Origin: Bacteroidia bacterium
GTDB taxonomy: Bacteria > Bacteroidota > Bacteroidia > AKYH767-A > OLB10
NCBI GenBank assembly: GCA_038211525.1
Contig: JBBQVM010000003.1
Coordinates: forward strand, 1 to 34,593
Length of the DNA: 34,593 bases
Reading direction: 5' to 3'
Program-made: the position numbers and the translations under genes
Shown: positions 25,873-34,593 of the stretch, one piece after another
Layout of the letters: each line of letters starts with the position of its first letter
How positions within the stretch are numbered: the stretch's first letter is position 1
The notes under the pieces: model-generated
Seen by the model: the letters and a program-made list of their open reading frames with translations, nothing else
What the model was told of the DNA's origin: nothing
The model's database searches: none

Positions 25873-27459
25873 ATGTCCAAACGCATCGAACTCATGCTGT
25901 CACCCGAAGAGGCGACCAATGAGGAACAGTGGAAAAAAGCTGTTATTAAAAAATCAGGTATTCCCTCCGCTGAAATTAGTGCTATAGTTGCTGTTCGAAG
26001 ATCCATAGATGCGCGCAGTAAATTTGTTTCTATACGTTTGGTTGTTGATGTATTTTCCAACGAGCAACCAACACCGGATCCTGATAATATTCTTCATTTA
26101 CAAAACGTTTCTAACAGCGAGCCGGTGCTAATTATAGGAGCCGGTCCTGCCGGAATGTTTGCTGCATTGCGATTGATTGAACTTGGTATTAAACCCATAA
26201 TTATAGAGCGTGGAAAAAATGTTAAAGAACGTCGCCGCGACTTAGCCGACCTCAATAAAAAAGGGATTGTGGATCCCGATTCCAATTATTGTTTTGGTGA
26301 AGGTGGTGCCGGAACTTATTCTGATGGGAAACTTTATACCCGTGCCGACAAACGCGGCAATGTTCAGAAAGTACTCAATACCTTTATTCAATTTGGTGCA
26401 AATCCTGACATTGCCGTTGATGCACATCCGCATATTGGAACAAATAAACTCCCCGGAATTATTGAAGCCATGCGGAATGCTATTTTAGCATGCGGAGGCG
26501 AAGTTTTGTTCAATCACAGACTAACAGGATTCACACTTAAAGATAATACAATTGAGGGAATCCAATGCATTAATACAATGAATCCCTCAAATGAAATAAA
26601 AATTGCTGCCAAAGCCGTAATACTTGCAACCGGACATTCGGCGAGAGATGTTTTTGAATTACTTCATGTCTCCGGAATAAAAATAGAATCGAAACCATTT
26701 GCGTTAGGTGTAAGAATTGAACATCCACAAACTATAATTGATAGTGCACAATACCATTGCACCACACGTAATGAATTTCTGCCTCCTGCATCCTATTCGC
26801 TTTCTTCACAAGCTGAAGGACGAGGGGTCTACTCATTTTGTATGTGTCCGGGAGGAATTATTGCCGCTGCCGCCACTGCTCCCGGCGAGGTAGTGGTGAA
26901 TGGCTGGTCGCCATCGAAAAGAAATAATCCCTATGCGAATTCCGGCTTGGTGGTGAGTGTTGGTGATGATGATTTCCGACCTTTTGAAAAATCGGGTGAA
27001 CTACGAGCGCTCCGTTTTCAGCAAAGCGTGGAGCAAAAATGTTTCGTCTCGGGAGGAAATAATCTCGCAGCACCTGCCCAGCGGATGATGGATTTTATCG
27101 ATAATAAATTTTCTTCATCCCTTCCCTCCTGTTCCTATATTCCCGGAATAAATTCAGTCGATCTTCGTGAGGTCTTGCCGCAACAAGTGGTTGTTGCGCT
27201 ACAGTCGGGACTGAAATCGTTTGGAACTAAGATGAAAGGATACAACACCAACGATGCCGTTTTAGTCGCCACCGAATCACGCACCTCCTCGCCTGTCCGC
27301 ATCCCCCGCGATAAAGAAACTCTCATGCATCCGGAACTATGTGGCCTCTTCCCTTGCGGTGAAGGCGCCGGCTACGCAGGTGGAATTATGTCCGCTGCCA
27401 TGGATGGCGAAAGAGTAGCTGATAAATCCAGCGAATTGCTTAATGGAACACTGATTTAA
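25873..27459 (+). CDS. NAD(P)/FAD-dependent oxidoreductase (uncharacterised COG2509-like family)
   Basis: IIGAGPAGMFAA, FGEGGAGTYSDGKL, HPHIGTNKL, LATGHSARD, SFCMCPGG, ESRTSSPVRI and GEGAGYAGGI. Confidence 0.9.
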   Translation: MSKRIELMLSPEEATNEEQWKKAVIKKSGIPSAEISAIVAVRRSIDARSKFVSIRLVVDVFSNEQPTPDPDNILHLQNVSNSEPVLIIGAGPAGMFAALRLIELGIKPIIIERGKNVKERRRDLADLNKKGIVDPDSNYCFGEGGAGTYSDGKLYTRADKRGNVQKVLNTFIQFGANPDIAVDAHPHIGTNKLPGIIEAMRNAILACGGEVLFNHRLTGFTLKDNTIEGIQCINTMNPSNEIKIAAKAVILATGHSARDVFELLHVSGIKIESKPFALGVRIEHPQTIIDSAQYHCTTRNEFLPPASYSLSSQAEGRGVYSFCMCPGGIIAAAATAPGEVVVNGWSPSKRNNPYANSGLVVSVGDDDFRPFEKSGELRALRFQQSVEQKCFVSGGNNLAAPAQRMMDFIDNKFSSSLPSCSYIPGINSVDLREVLPQQVVVALQSGLKSFGTKMKGYNTNDAVLVATESRTSSPVRIPRDKETLMHPELCGLFPCGEGAGYAGGIMSAAMDGERVADKSSELLNGTLI

Positions 27460-27528
27460 CGGATTTGGCGGATAAAGCACGGATTTATATGTTTTCATCC
27501 GTTTAATCCGTCCAATCCGTGTTCCATT
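27442..27528. repeat. 87-bp imperfect inverted repeat built from ~9-bp CGGAT units, between convergent genes
   Basis: Left arm AATGGAACACTGATTTAACGGATTTGGCGGATAAA; reverse complement of the right arm AATGGAACACGGATTGGACGGATTAAACGGATGAA. Confidence 0.85.
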
Positions 27529-27535
27529 GCTCTCC

Positions 27536-29614
27536 CTAAAACTCAAACCGAACCTGAATCTTCAAATCGGATTTTCGGCTCCCCTGAATCTCATCCAATC
27601 CACTTCCTATCACGTTTTTGTTAGAATAAAAAGTAGCAGCATATCGTAACCAACAATCCCAACCCTTCATAATCTTATAACGGATATTGAAATAAACCCT
27701 TGTTCCTTTATAATAATAGGGTGGAATACTATATCCGTAAAGAACATCGTTTTCATAGGCATAAAGTCGACTGTCGTAACTATCAGTGTCGAAAATAGCA
27801 TAACGCATATTAAAAGATAATTTTGAACCCATAGGATGATATTGCACATCCTGAAACATCATAAATCCATTCTCATTGGTGGCCTCCTTTTGATAATTGG
27901 TGAACTCCACACGAGTCCGTAAAGTAAAGGTGGGTGATATTTTAGTGGTCAGATGCACCCGCACTCCATGTTGCTTCACCGGCACAGGATAGCTCACAAT
28001 AGTTTCCTCCTCGCTCCCATTTTGCACTTTATCGCTTTCTCGGAAACGCACATAAAACTCCGACTTACGGTTAGGCGTATACGTTATGATACCACTGAAT
28101 TCACTACCTGTTGAAGGAGCATCTGTACGGTAGCGGAGCCATGGGAAATAAAAACGATCGTAGGTGCAATTGATGGTGATTACACGAGAAGGCTTGAAGG
28201 TCATGCACGAGTATATCCCGCTCTCATTATAGTTTCCACCACTTTCGCGAAGACCGGCAGCATACAAAGAATGAAAATTACGAGGATAAAAACGATGAAC
28301 AAATGAAGTGGTCAAACGAGGATCGATACATAACAATATTCCATTTACGGTTGCAACTGTTCCGGCTGGATCGACACTGGTCTCACCAAAGAAATTTATA
28401 TTTCGATACAGCCACGTATAATCAAATCCGAAATTAGTTAACGAACTTCCAGAAAATTCAAATTGATTGTACGGTTGGATGTTCTTCAACAACGGTACAT
28501 CATATTTTGTGCTAACTCCTGTGAAACCCAGTTGAATATTTTTCGATTTATAACTAACATGTCCGCCATACATCCATTCTGTAACTTTATTTTTATCATC
28601 AATTTCACTTTGCGTGCGATGGTAACCCGATTCCTGGAAAGAAGTTACATAATCAATAGTATTCAAACTATCCGCACCCGATTGAAAATTACCATCCATT
28701 CGTCGGTGCGAAATAAATAGATCTGTTACTATTTTTTTCATCCGCAAAGAAACTACCGCCCCACGTTTATAAAATGCTTCGTTGGATGAAGTGTAAGGAT
28801 AAATCCCTCTTGCATTTCTGCGTGTTTGTGCGGGATCGGTTGCCTTACCTCCCGACAAACCTGTGCTAAGTGTTAGTCCTTGCCCATATTCCAACTGATA
28901 ATCGCCGGCAACAATAGTTTTAAAAATTCCCACATCGCGAATACAAAAATGGAACGAATAAAAATCGAATCCTTGTGATTGCGCTCCTTTAAAAAATTGT
29001 TCGCCGGCATCCTTCTCTGCTGTAATTCCCCAGCTAAGCTTTCGCATGAAGGCAAATTTATAGCGTACATACAAACTTAATGGATCGCCGAGGTAGTGAG
29101 AAGAAGTAGTTTCAGGATCAAAACCTTTACGTTTTTCAGGAACCAGTTGTGACCGGAGAATTAGCTGATGGCGACCCTCATGAACCATCCGTGAAAAGGA
29201 GGCATTTGGTTCATCAATTCCTCTTCCAACAGTGATGTAGGGTATTATGCTACGAATAAAATTTTCATCAAAACCCTCTATCACCTGCAGTTCAGAAATC
29301 GTAAGTAGTTTTCCAAAACGTTCCTTATGATTCATAATATTCGCAATTAGTACCTCATTGAACAACCCCGTAGCACGCAATTCTTCCGCGGAAGCGCTAT
29401 TTAAATCGATCGGTCTACGGAGCAATTCCGTATAAATCGCTGTCAGCTCCGACAAATCCTGTTCCTCGTCGGAAGCAGAAGAATTTCGTTCTGCAACCTG
29501 TTCCAACAAAATGGAAGTGCTCTCCTCCTCTTGTGCAAAACAGTTATGGATTGCTGCACAATAAAGAAATGCACTTATAAAAAATGTCTTTGAAAAGGAA
29601 TTAAAAATATTCAT
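27536..29614 (-). CDS. ComEA-like helix-hairpin-helix domain protein with a probable outer-membrane beta-barrel
   Basis: Signal peptide, HhH region (PIDLNSASAEEL...RFGKLLTISELQVIEGF), EKDAGE, aromatic-rich amphipathic strands, YDSRLYAYENDVLY and terminal beta-signal QVRFEF. Confidence 0.85.
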   Translation of the reverse strand: MNIFNSFSKTFFISAFLYCAAIHNCFAQEEESTSILLEQVAERNSSASDEEQDLSELTAIYTELLRRPIDLNSASAEELRATGLFNEVLIANIMNHKERFGKLLTISELQVIEGFDENFIRSIIPYITVGRGIDEPNASFSRMVHEGRHQLILRSQLVPEKRKGFDPETTSSHYLGDPLSLYVRYKFAFMRKLSWGITAEKDAGEQFFKGAQSQGFDFYSFHFCIRDVGIFKTIVAGDYQLEYGQGLTLSTGLSGGKATDPAQTRRNARGIYPYTSSNEAFYKRGAVVSLRMKKIVTDLFISHRRMDGNFQSGADSLNTIDYVTSFQESGYHRTQSEIDDKNKVTEWMYGGHVSYKSKNIQLGFTGVSTKYDVPLLKNIQPYNQFEFSGSSLTNFGFDYTWLYRNINFFGETSVDPAGTVATVNGILLCIDPRLTTSFVHRFYPRNFHSLYAAGLRESGGNYNESGIYSCMTFKPSRVITINCTYDRFYFPWLRYRTDAPSTGSEFSGIITYTPNRKSEFYVRFRESDKVQNGSEEETIVSYPVPVKQHGVRVHLTTKISPTFTLRTRVEFTNYQKEATNENGFMMFQDVQYHPMGSKLSFNMRYAIFDTDSYDSRLYAYENDVLYGYSIPPYYYKGTRVYFNIRYKIMKGWDCWLRYAATFYSNKNVIGSGLDEIQGSRKSDLKIQVRFEF

Positions 29615-29615
29615 G

Positions 29616-30425
29616 TTAATGTTTTTTAAATATCATTGAAAACTGCGGTGAAAAACCGGTTACAACATGGTAACCTGATGCGCATTGAAAATTAACGCTT
29701 CCCATTCGATATTCGAACCCAAAACGAAAAGCATCTTTGCCTGTAGCAATGCCGGCATTGAGTGCAAATTTATCGGAGAGATGATAATCAAATCCGCATT
29801 GCAACTGCTCCTTCGCATCGCTCCATTTTTCAATACCAAAATTTAGTTCAGCATGTGTTCCAAATATCCATGCGAATGCTACAGCCGCATGAGAAGGAAT
29901 GCGTTCCGCAGCGGTACCCGACAAACGTGCCCGTTGCGGGTTGTAAACATAAAATCCGGCCTTCAGTTCCGGCGTGACTCGAATTTGTAAACCTGCCGAG
30001 CCGGTGAATGTGGCTGCTCCTCCATATTCGTTACCGAATTTGATAGAATAATAATCGATGCCAACTCCTGCATCTACACTCTTACCCAAATGCATGGCGT
30101 AACAGAGTCTGGCATTTCGCGATCGGTATAAACTATAACCGAACTGGCTGTATCCAACACCAAAAGCACCTCTTTTTTTCACGGGAACGGAAAAACCGAA
30201 TGCGGATGTAGAAAGTTCTTTCAACAGAAAAGTCTGCGAATGAAAGAAACCTGCTGCTACTCGATCCTCTGGGGCAAGTCCTGCAGGGTTATTTAAAACG
30301 GACCACAAACCCGTTCGCACAACGGTGTTGACAGTTACAGGCACTGTGCCAAAGGAGGAAGAAACAAGCATGACCGAGAGGGTCAATAGGCCACCGATTG
30401 GGCGGCAGAAAAATTTTGAAATCAT
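29616..30425 (-). CDS. FadL/PorV-like outer-membrane beta-barrel protein (ATG 30425 preferred)
   Basis: WSVLNNPAGLA motif followed by alternating beta strands; 1 nt from the HhH gene. The track's TTG start at 30461 lies inside the -7 promoter element. Confidence 0.75.
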   Translation of the reverse strand: MISKFFCRPIGGLLTLSVMLVSSSFGTVPVTVNTVVRTGLWSVLNNPAGLAPEDRVAAGFFHSQTFLLKELSTSAFGFSVPVKKRGAFGVGYSQFGYSLYRSRNARLCYAMHLGKSVDAGVGIDYYSIKFGNEYGGAATFTGSAGLQIRVTPELKAGFYVYNPQRARLSGTAAERIPSHAAVAFAWIFGTHAELNFGIEKWSDAKEQLQCGFDYHLSDKFALNAGIATGKDAFRFGFEYRMGSVNFQCASGYHVVTGFSPQFSMIFKKH

Positions 30426-30458
30426 AAAAAAACAGTTTAAAAAGTCTGAATTATGGAC

Positions 30459-30488
30459 CAAAAATAGTAAAAGTTTTTGAAAATCAAA
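30459..30488 (-). promoter_or_regulatory. Bacteroidota -33/-7 promoter for the barrel-HhH operon
   Basis: Minus-strand TTTG (30488-30485), 18 nt, then TATTTTTG (30466-30459). Confidence 0.6.
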
Positions 30489-30774
30489 TTTATTTGAAAT
30501 TATTTTTCAACTTATCAGTACTTAAAAGAAAAATTAAGCTATGAGAAATCCGAACCTATTTTTCTTGTTACAAAAAGATATTTGAACTACCTACATTCAA
30601 TATCAATAATAAAGAAAAGCCTTGTCAGATATTAAATGACAAAATAGCTACCTTTCTCACCGAATTTTCGCAAACACACTATCATAGTTAGTAGAAGCGT
30701 CAGTTTTAAAATAAACCGGCTTCAACAAAATTAACATCTAGCTAATTTCAAATTATGAATTTATTCGCAGAAAT

Positions 30775-31131
30775 TCAATCCACAAACTCCTTTTCCAGAA
30801 TTTCAGAAATAACAGTTTTTAGCTTGGGAAGTTCCTCATTGATGATACTCCAAACAGCAAGATGCTTGATTTGAAAATATTCGTGAGCTATAAAATTCCT
30901 AAAAGACCTGACCTTATGCCAAGGATAACTATATTTTTCCAATTTACTATTTTCAACATGAATTATGGCTTCACCTATTACCAAGAACTCAAACAGAATA
31001 GCACTTTGAATAAGATTATTGTTAGAGTAGGACTCTAATGATTGATCCATTGCAAAAGTTTCAATTTTCGCCATTGAAGAAACTATGTGCTGCAATCTCA
31101 ATTGACTTTCAATGTGTTCATTTTTTTTCAT
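30775..31131 (-). CDS. hepT: HEPN (DUF86) ribonuclease toxin, HepT-like
   Basis: RLQHI, SAILFEFLVIGEA, YPWHKVRSFRNFIAHEY (RX4HXY) and VWSII..ELPKL; overlaps the upstream MNT gene by 14 nt. Confidence 0.88.
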   Translation of the reverse strand: MKKNEHIESQLRLQHIVSSMAKIETFAMDQSLESYSNNNLIQSAILFEFLVIGEAIIHVENSKLEKYSYPWHKVRSFRNFIAHEYFQIKHLAVWSIINEELPKLKTVISEILEKEFVD

Positions 31132-31735
31132 AAATTAATTTTAAATCAGGTTTAACATTTTCAAGAATATGTGGTTTAAACGAATCAATAAATCCAACAT
31201 CAACTTTTCTATCAAGAATTTTCTCAGCTTGAAATTTAATTTCAGCAAGGTCAAAATAATTAAACGAATCATCAGTTTTGACAGCAACATCTACATCACT
31301 ATTTACTCCATCATCTTGTCTTGAGAAAGAACCATATATCCATGCTTTGGTAATTCCTCCAAATTTCTCCAAAACCGAAATTAAATTCTTTACTAGTTCC
31401 TTCCGGTCCACTTTGATAAAAGTTCCATATTCTACGCTTGCTTCCGCTACCTGCATGGCCCTTACCGCAAGGTCATCATCACCTTCTAAAGCATAAATCA
31501 CCTTATCGGCCAACCAGGCAACCAGCAATTCATCGGGATTTGATTTGAAAAATTCTGCCAGTTTTACCACTTGCTCCCTGGTTGGTTTTCTGGTACCATG
31601 TTCAAATTTGCTCAAAATGGCCTGATCGATTTCTAAATGAGCAGCTACCACTCTCAGAGGTAACTCATTGTCTAATCGAAACTTACGTATCATTTTTCCA
31701 AAATTATTCATGTTTGACACTTTATGTTTTGACAT
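31118..31735 (-). CDS. mntA: XRE-type HTH fused to a minimal nucleotidyltransferase (MntA-like antitoxin); true start may be ATG 31711
   Basis: N-terminal FGKMIRKFR...VAAHLEIDQAILSKFEHGTRKP HTH; C-terminal YGSFSRQDDGVNSDVD (GSX10DXD) and RKVDV. Confidence 0.85.
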   Translation of the reverse strand: MSKHKVSNMNNFGKMIRKFRLDNELPLRVVAAHLEIDQAILSKFEHGTRKPTREQVVKLAEFFKSNPDELLVAWLADKVIYALEGDDDLAVRAMQVAEASVEYGTFIKVDRKELVKNLISVLEKFGGITKAWIYGSFSRQDDGVNSDVDVAVKTDDSFNYFDLAEIKFQAEKILDRKVDVGFIDSFKPHILENVKPDLKLIYEKK

Positions 31736-31774
31736 TATTTGTCAAAGATAAATGAATAAAATTGAAAAGTCAAG
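31713..31774 (-). promoter_or_regulatory. TA promoter overlapped by a palindromic operator
   Basis: TTTGACA-N5-TGTCAAA at 31728-31746 and an extra TTTGACA at 31713-31719. Minus-strand TATCTTTG (31750-31743) has TTG 20 nt upstream. Confidence 0.7.
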
Positions 31775-31818
31775 TTTTCAAACAAAAAAACGTGTTCTGG
31801 CTTGAATCAAACAATTAG

Positions 31819-31890
31819 TTGATTGGTATAAATTAATTTTATACCTTTGGGTATATTACCACATAGTATAATACCAATAAGTATAAAATT
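31819..31890 (+). promoter_or_regulatory. ATPase promoter with an operator-like GTATA array
   Basis: TTG (31819-31821), 20 nt, TACCTTTG (31842-31849); palindrome GGTATAAA-N5-TTTATACC (31825-31845); three related 11-mers at a 15-bp period (31850, 31865, 31880). Confidence 0.65.
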
Positions 31891-33036
31891 ATGATCTCAT
31901 CTCCCTTTGTTTACGGAAAAATTGTGAACAATCAGTCATTTACCAACAGGGAAACGGAAATGGCAAAGTTGCAAACTAATCTTCTTCAAGGCATTCACAC
32001 CATGATTTTATCGCCCCGAAGGTGGGGTAAATCGTCGTTGGTGGAGAAGGTACTGTCTAAAATCAACCTTAAACACAAGAATCACAAAACAGTATTAATT
32101 GATTTATTTACGGTTGGAACCGAAAAAGATTTCCTGGAGTTATTTGCACGCGAGGTACTGAAAGCCGCTTCGGGAAAATGGGAAGAAAGAATTCGTACAG
32201 CAAAGGAATTGTTCAAAACCTTAGTACCGAAAATCAGTTTAGGAGCTGACCCATTTACTGAATTCAGCATTAGTTTCGATATCGAGGAATTAAAGAAAAA
32301 CAGTGATGAGATTTTAAATCTTCCTGAAAAGCTGGCGATCAAAAAAGGAATTAAGGTAATTATTTGTCTGGATGAATTTCAAAATCTTGCTTCCTTCCCG
32401 GAATATGAATTGTTAGAAAAAAGAATGCGAGCAGTATGGCAGCGACAAAAACATGTGACCTATTGTTTGTATGGCAGCAAACGACACATGATGGAAGCCA
32501 TATTCAATGATTCTTCAAAGCCGTTTTATAAATTTGGAGATATTATGGTATTACCAAAAATAAAAAGACAAAAATGGGTTGATTATATAATTGAATCCTT
32601 TATCAGGACAGGAAAAAAAATTGATCTTGAAACAGCCGAGCGTATTCCGGCAGTTATGAAGGATCATTCCTGGTATGTACAACAACTTGCGAACTACGTT
32701 TGGAATCTTACCAAAACCAAAGCAACCAAAGTTGAATTTACAAACGCGCTGGTAGAAGTAGTTTCCGCAAACACACCACTTTTTCAAAATGAAATTGAAT
32801 CGCTAAGTATCACCCAGACAAATATTTTGAAAGCAGTAGCTAAAAACGAAACGCAACTTACCAGTGCCTTGGTAATGACAACCTATGAATTAGGCACTCC
32901 GAACAACGTAACAAAGAACAAAAAGGTGTTAATTGAAAAGGATTTAATTTTAGAAACCGAAAATGGTTACGATTTCGCTGATCCGGTTTTTGAATTGTGG
33001 TTCCGAAAACAGTTTTTCAAAACAGAGTTCAGCTAA
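31891..33036 (+). CDS. P-loop ATPase (archaeal-type ATPase_2/STAND-like) with a probable C-terminal winged helix
   Basis: SPFVYGKIV...FTNRETE, Walker A SPRRWGKSS, Walker B ICLDEFQ, YGSKRHMM, and C-terminal LIEKDLI...YDFADPVFELW. Confidence 0.85.
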   Translation: MISSPFVYGKIVNNQSFTNRETEMAKLQTNLLQGIHTMILSPRRWGKSSLVEKVLSKINLKHKNHKTVLIDLFTVGTEKDFLELFAREVLKAASGKWEERIRTAKELFKTLVPKISLGADPFTEFSISFDIEELKKNSDEILNLPEKLAIKKGIKVIICLDEFQNLASFPEYELLEKRMRAVWQRQKHVTYCLYGSKRHMMEAIFNDSSKPFYKFGDIMVLPKIKRQKWVDYIIESFIRTGKKIDLETAERIPAVMKDHSWYVQQLANYVWNLTKTKATKVEFTNALVEVVSANTPLFQNEIESLSITQTNILKAVAKNETQLTSALVMTTYELGTPNNVTKNKKVLIEKDLILETENGYDFADPVFELWFRKQFFKTEFS

Positions 33037-33088
33037 TAACACAACTGATCATATTGGAAAAATAGCATTTAACTTCGATCATAATTCC

Positions 33089-34593
33089 TCAGCTACCTGA
33101 TTTGGTCTTAACTACTTTTTTCCGGTAAATGGTTCCGTTATTTTCAACCTGGATAAAGTAAATACCATCTTTAATTTGTGTTAGATCGATATCTATTTGC
33201 GATTGATAGTTTTTGGTTTGATAGATCTGCTTGCCTGGTAAATCAAGAATGGTGATAGTTGATGATGATTTGCTTTTCGGAATTTCAATATGTAACACTC
33301 CGGTAGTCGGATTTGGATAGATATTAATATACGGCTCAGTAACATCAATTGCGGAAATACCCGTTGGGATGTTTCCAAGCTTGGCCACAAAAGTTTCGTA
33401 GGGTCCACATACGCTTCCATTCATATAACAGGGAAGTGTAATTGTATCAAAAATTGCTTCGGTATAGTAAAAACCGGCGAAGTAGATTTCATCACTGTTC
33501 CCTTGAACAATGTCTCGTATCGATTCACAACATGAACCACCCTGATGAACAGTTTCAAAAACTTTGCCCCATAATGCATTTCCGGCATTATTGAATTTAA
33601 CTAAATACATTGCTATTCGATTTGCAGGTACTGACAATGGAATTCCACCAATGTTAAAGGATGTATCATAGAAAGGAGTTCCTGCTAAGTAGAAACCGGT
33701 TGAATCAACTGATTTAATTGTTAAATTTCCATAAACATCAGAAAATGACGTCCATTGTATGCTTGCATTTGGATCAATTGTAATTATAAATGTTGTTTCA
33801 TTATTTGGAGAATAATGTATTATAGTATCATTACCAAAATGAGTGGAGTCAACAAAGACACCTGTAAGTGTTAAGTTTTGATTTGACAAAATAGTCATAT
33901 CATTAACACCACCAAAATAATTATATTCAGAAAATCCTTGTCCATGAATTATCCATTGTATATTGAAAGTAGGATCACATTTCAAAACGTAATAACCATC
34001 TGTTCCAAAGTTCGGCGTTAATGTTTGTCCATTCGAAAACGTTACGCTATAGTTGTAAGTATCGGTTACATAAATATTACCTGATGTGTCTGCTACTATA
34101 CGTGGAATTGCTACATCACTTGTGCCTATTAATGCAGCGTTTGTTATCACTCCGTTAGCATCGATAGAAGCTAAATAATTTTGTGGCTGCTGATTTGAAA
34201 AAGAAAAAGAACCTATAACTGCATTAGCCGGAAGACAACCTGATATTATAAATTCAGTGCCAAAGGAATTATTCGGGCCACTAAAAAATCCATAGTTATC
34301 AAATGGTGTCATCCATAACTGTGTACCTGATGTATTATAAAGTGTAGCAAATCCAACAGACAGACCACTCGATGTAAAATTAACAGGTGTACCGCTTACA
34401 TCGGTGCCATAAGTTCCGCCGGTAATCAGAATCTGATCAGCATTGTTAATAGACATAGAACTCATAAATGAGCTATCGAATTGCACCACAAAAATGTAAT
34501 TCCCATTGGTATCAATTTTTGCAAAAAACTGACCACCTTCCGCAATGTATAAATTACTGAATTGAGATGCCGGAGAATTTTCACCCAATACAT
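33089..34593 (-). CDS. T9SS type A sorting-domain protein with beta-propeller-like (SBBP-like) repeats, N-terminus beyond the window
   Basis: The frame is open to the window edge. Repeats FFAKIDTNGN, DTSGNIYVT and YLVKFNNAGNALW, and CTD INIYPNPTTG...GIYFIQV...RKKVVK. Confidence 0.85.
   Translation of the reverse strand, partial: VLGENSPASQFSNLYIAEGGQFFAKIDTNGNYIFVVQFDSSFMSSMSINNADQILITGGTYGTDVSGTPVNFTSSGLSVGFATLYNTSGTQLWMTPFDNYGFFSGPNNSFGTEFIISGCLPANAVIGSFSFSNQQPQNYLASIDANGVITNAALIGTSDVAIPRIVADTSGNIYVTDTYNYSVTFSNGQTLTPNFGTDGYYVLKCDPTFNIQWIIHGQGFSEYNYFGGVNDMTILSNQNLTLTGVFVDSTHFGNDTIIHYSPNNETTFIITIDPNASIQWTSFSDVYGNLTIKSVDSTGFYLAGTPFYDTSFNIGGIPLSVPANRIAMYLVKFNNAGNALWGKVFETVHQGGSCCESIRDIVQGNSDEIYFAGFYYTEAIFDTITLPCYMNGSVCGPYETFVAKLGNIPTGISAIDVTEPYINIYPNPTTGVLHIEIPKSKSSSTITILDLPGKQIYQTKNYQSQIDIDLTQIKDGIYFIQVENNGTIYRKKVVKTKSGS

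Noticed and set aside
1044-33420. Numerous 60-127-aa ORFs nested in or antisense to the main genes in the ORF track
   Set aside because: They overlap well-supported genes and show no recognisable motifs; they are expected by chance.

Overview
An AT-rich chromosomal segment from a Bacteroidota organism, judged from porT, type IX secretion (T9SS) C-terminal domains and repeated TAnnTTTG -7 promoter elements. Positions 643-9697 form a terminator-bounded, co-directional block. It encodes an Rcp1-like single-domain response regulator, a soluble REC-PAS-HisKA-HATPase-REC-Hpt hybrid kinase, a sigma54 activator with no DNA-binding HTH, and three envelope or secreted proteins, one of them a 1141-aa T9SS cargo. 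A candidate sigma54 -24/-12 promoter precedes the block, which is the best candidate for an undescribed system. The middle is mostly housekeeping: AddA-like helicase-nuclease, pruA, FtsB-like protein, the substrate-binding subunit of methylmalonyl-CoA mutase, SPFH plus an Arc-type regulator missed by the ORF track, an aminotransferase, heptose-7-phosphate kinase, TrkH/KtrB, ubiE/menG, porT, an FAD oxidoreductase, and a beta-barrel/HhH pair. Unusual non-coding DNA includes a ~41-unit heptamer array with two CCTGCC...GGCAGG mini-insertions, an 87-bp hairpin built from 9-mers, and GC-skewed tracts. The right end is accessory: an XRE-HTH-fused MNT/HEPN toxin-antitoxin pair, a divergent P-loop ATPase with an operator-like array, and a partial T9SS protein. 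No rRNA, tRNA, CRISPR array, transposase or integrase was seen. All calls come from motif recognition by eye; no searches were run.
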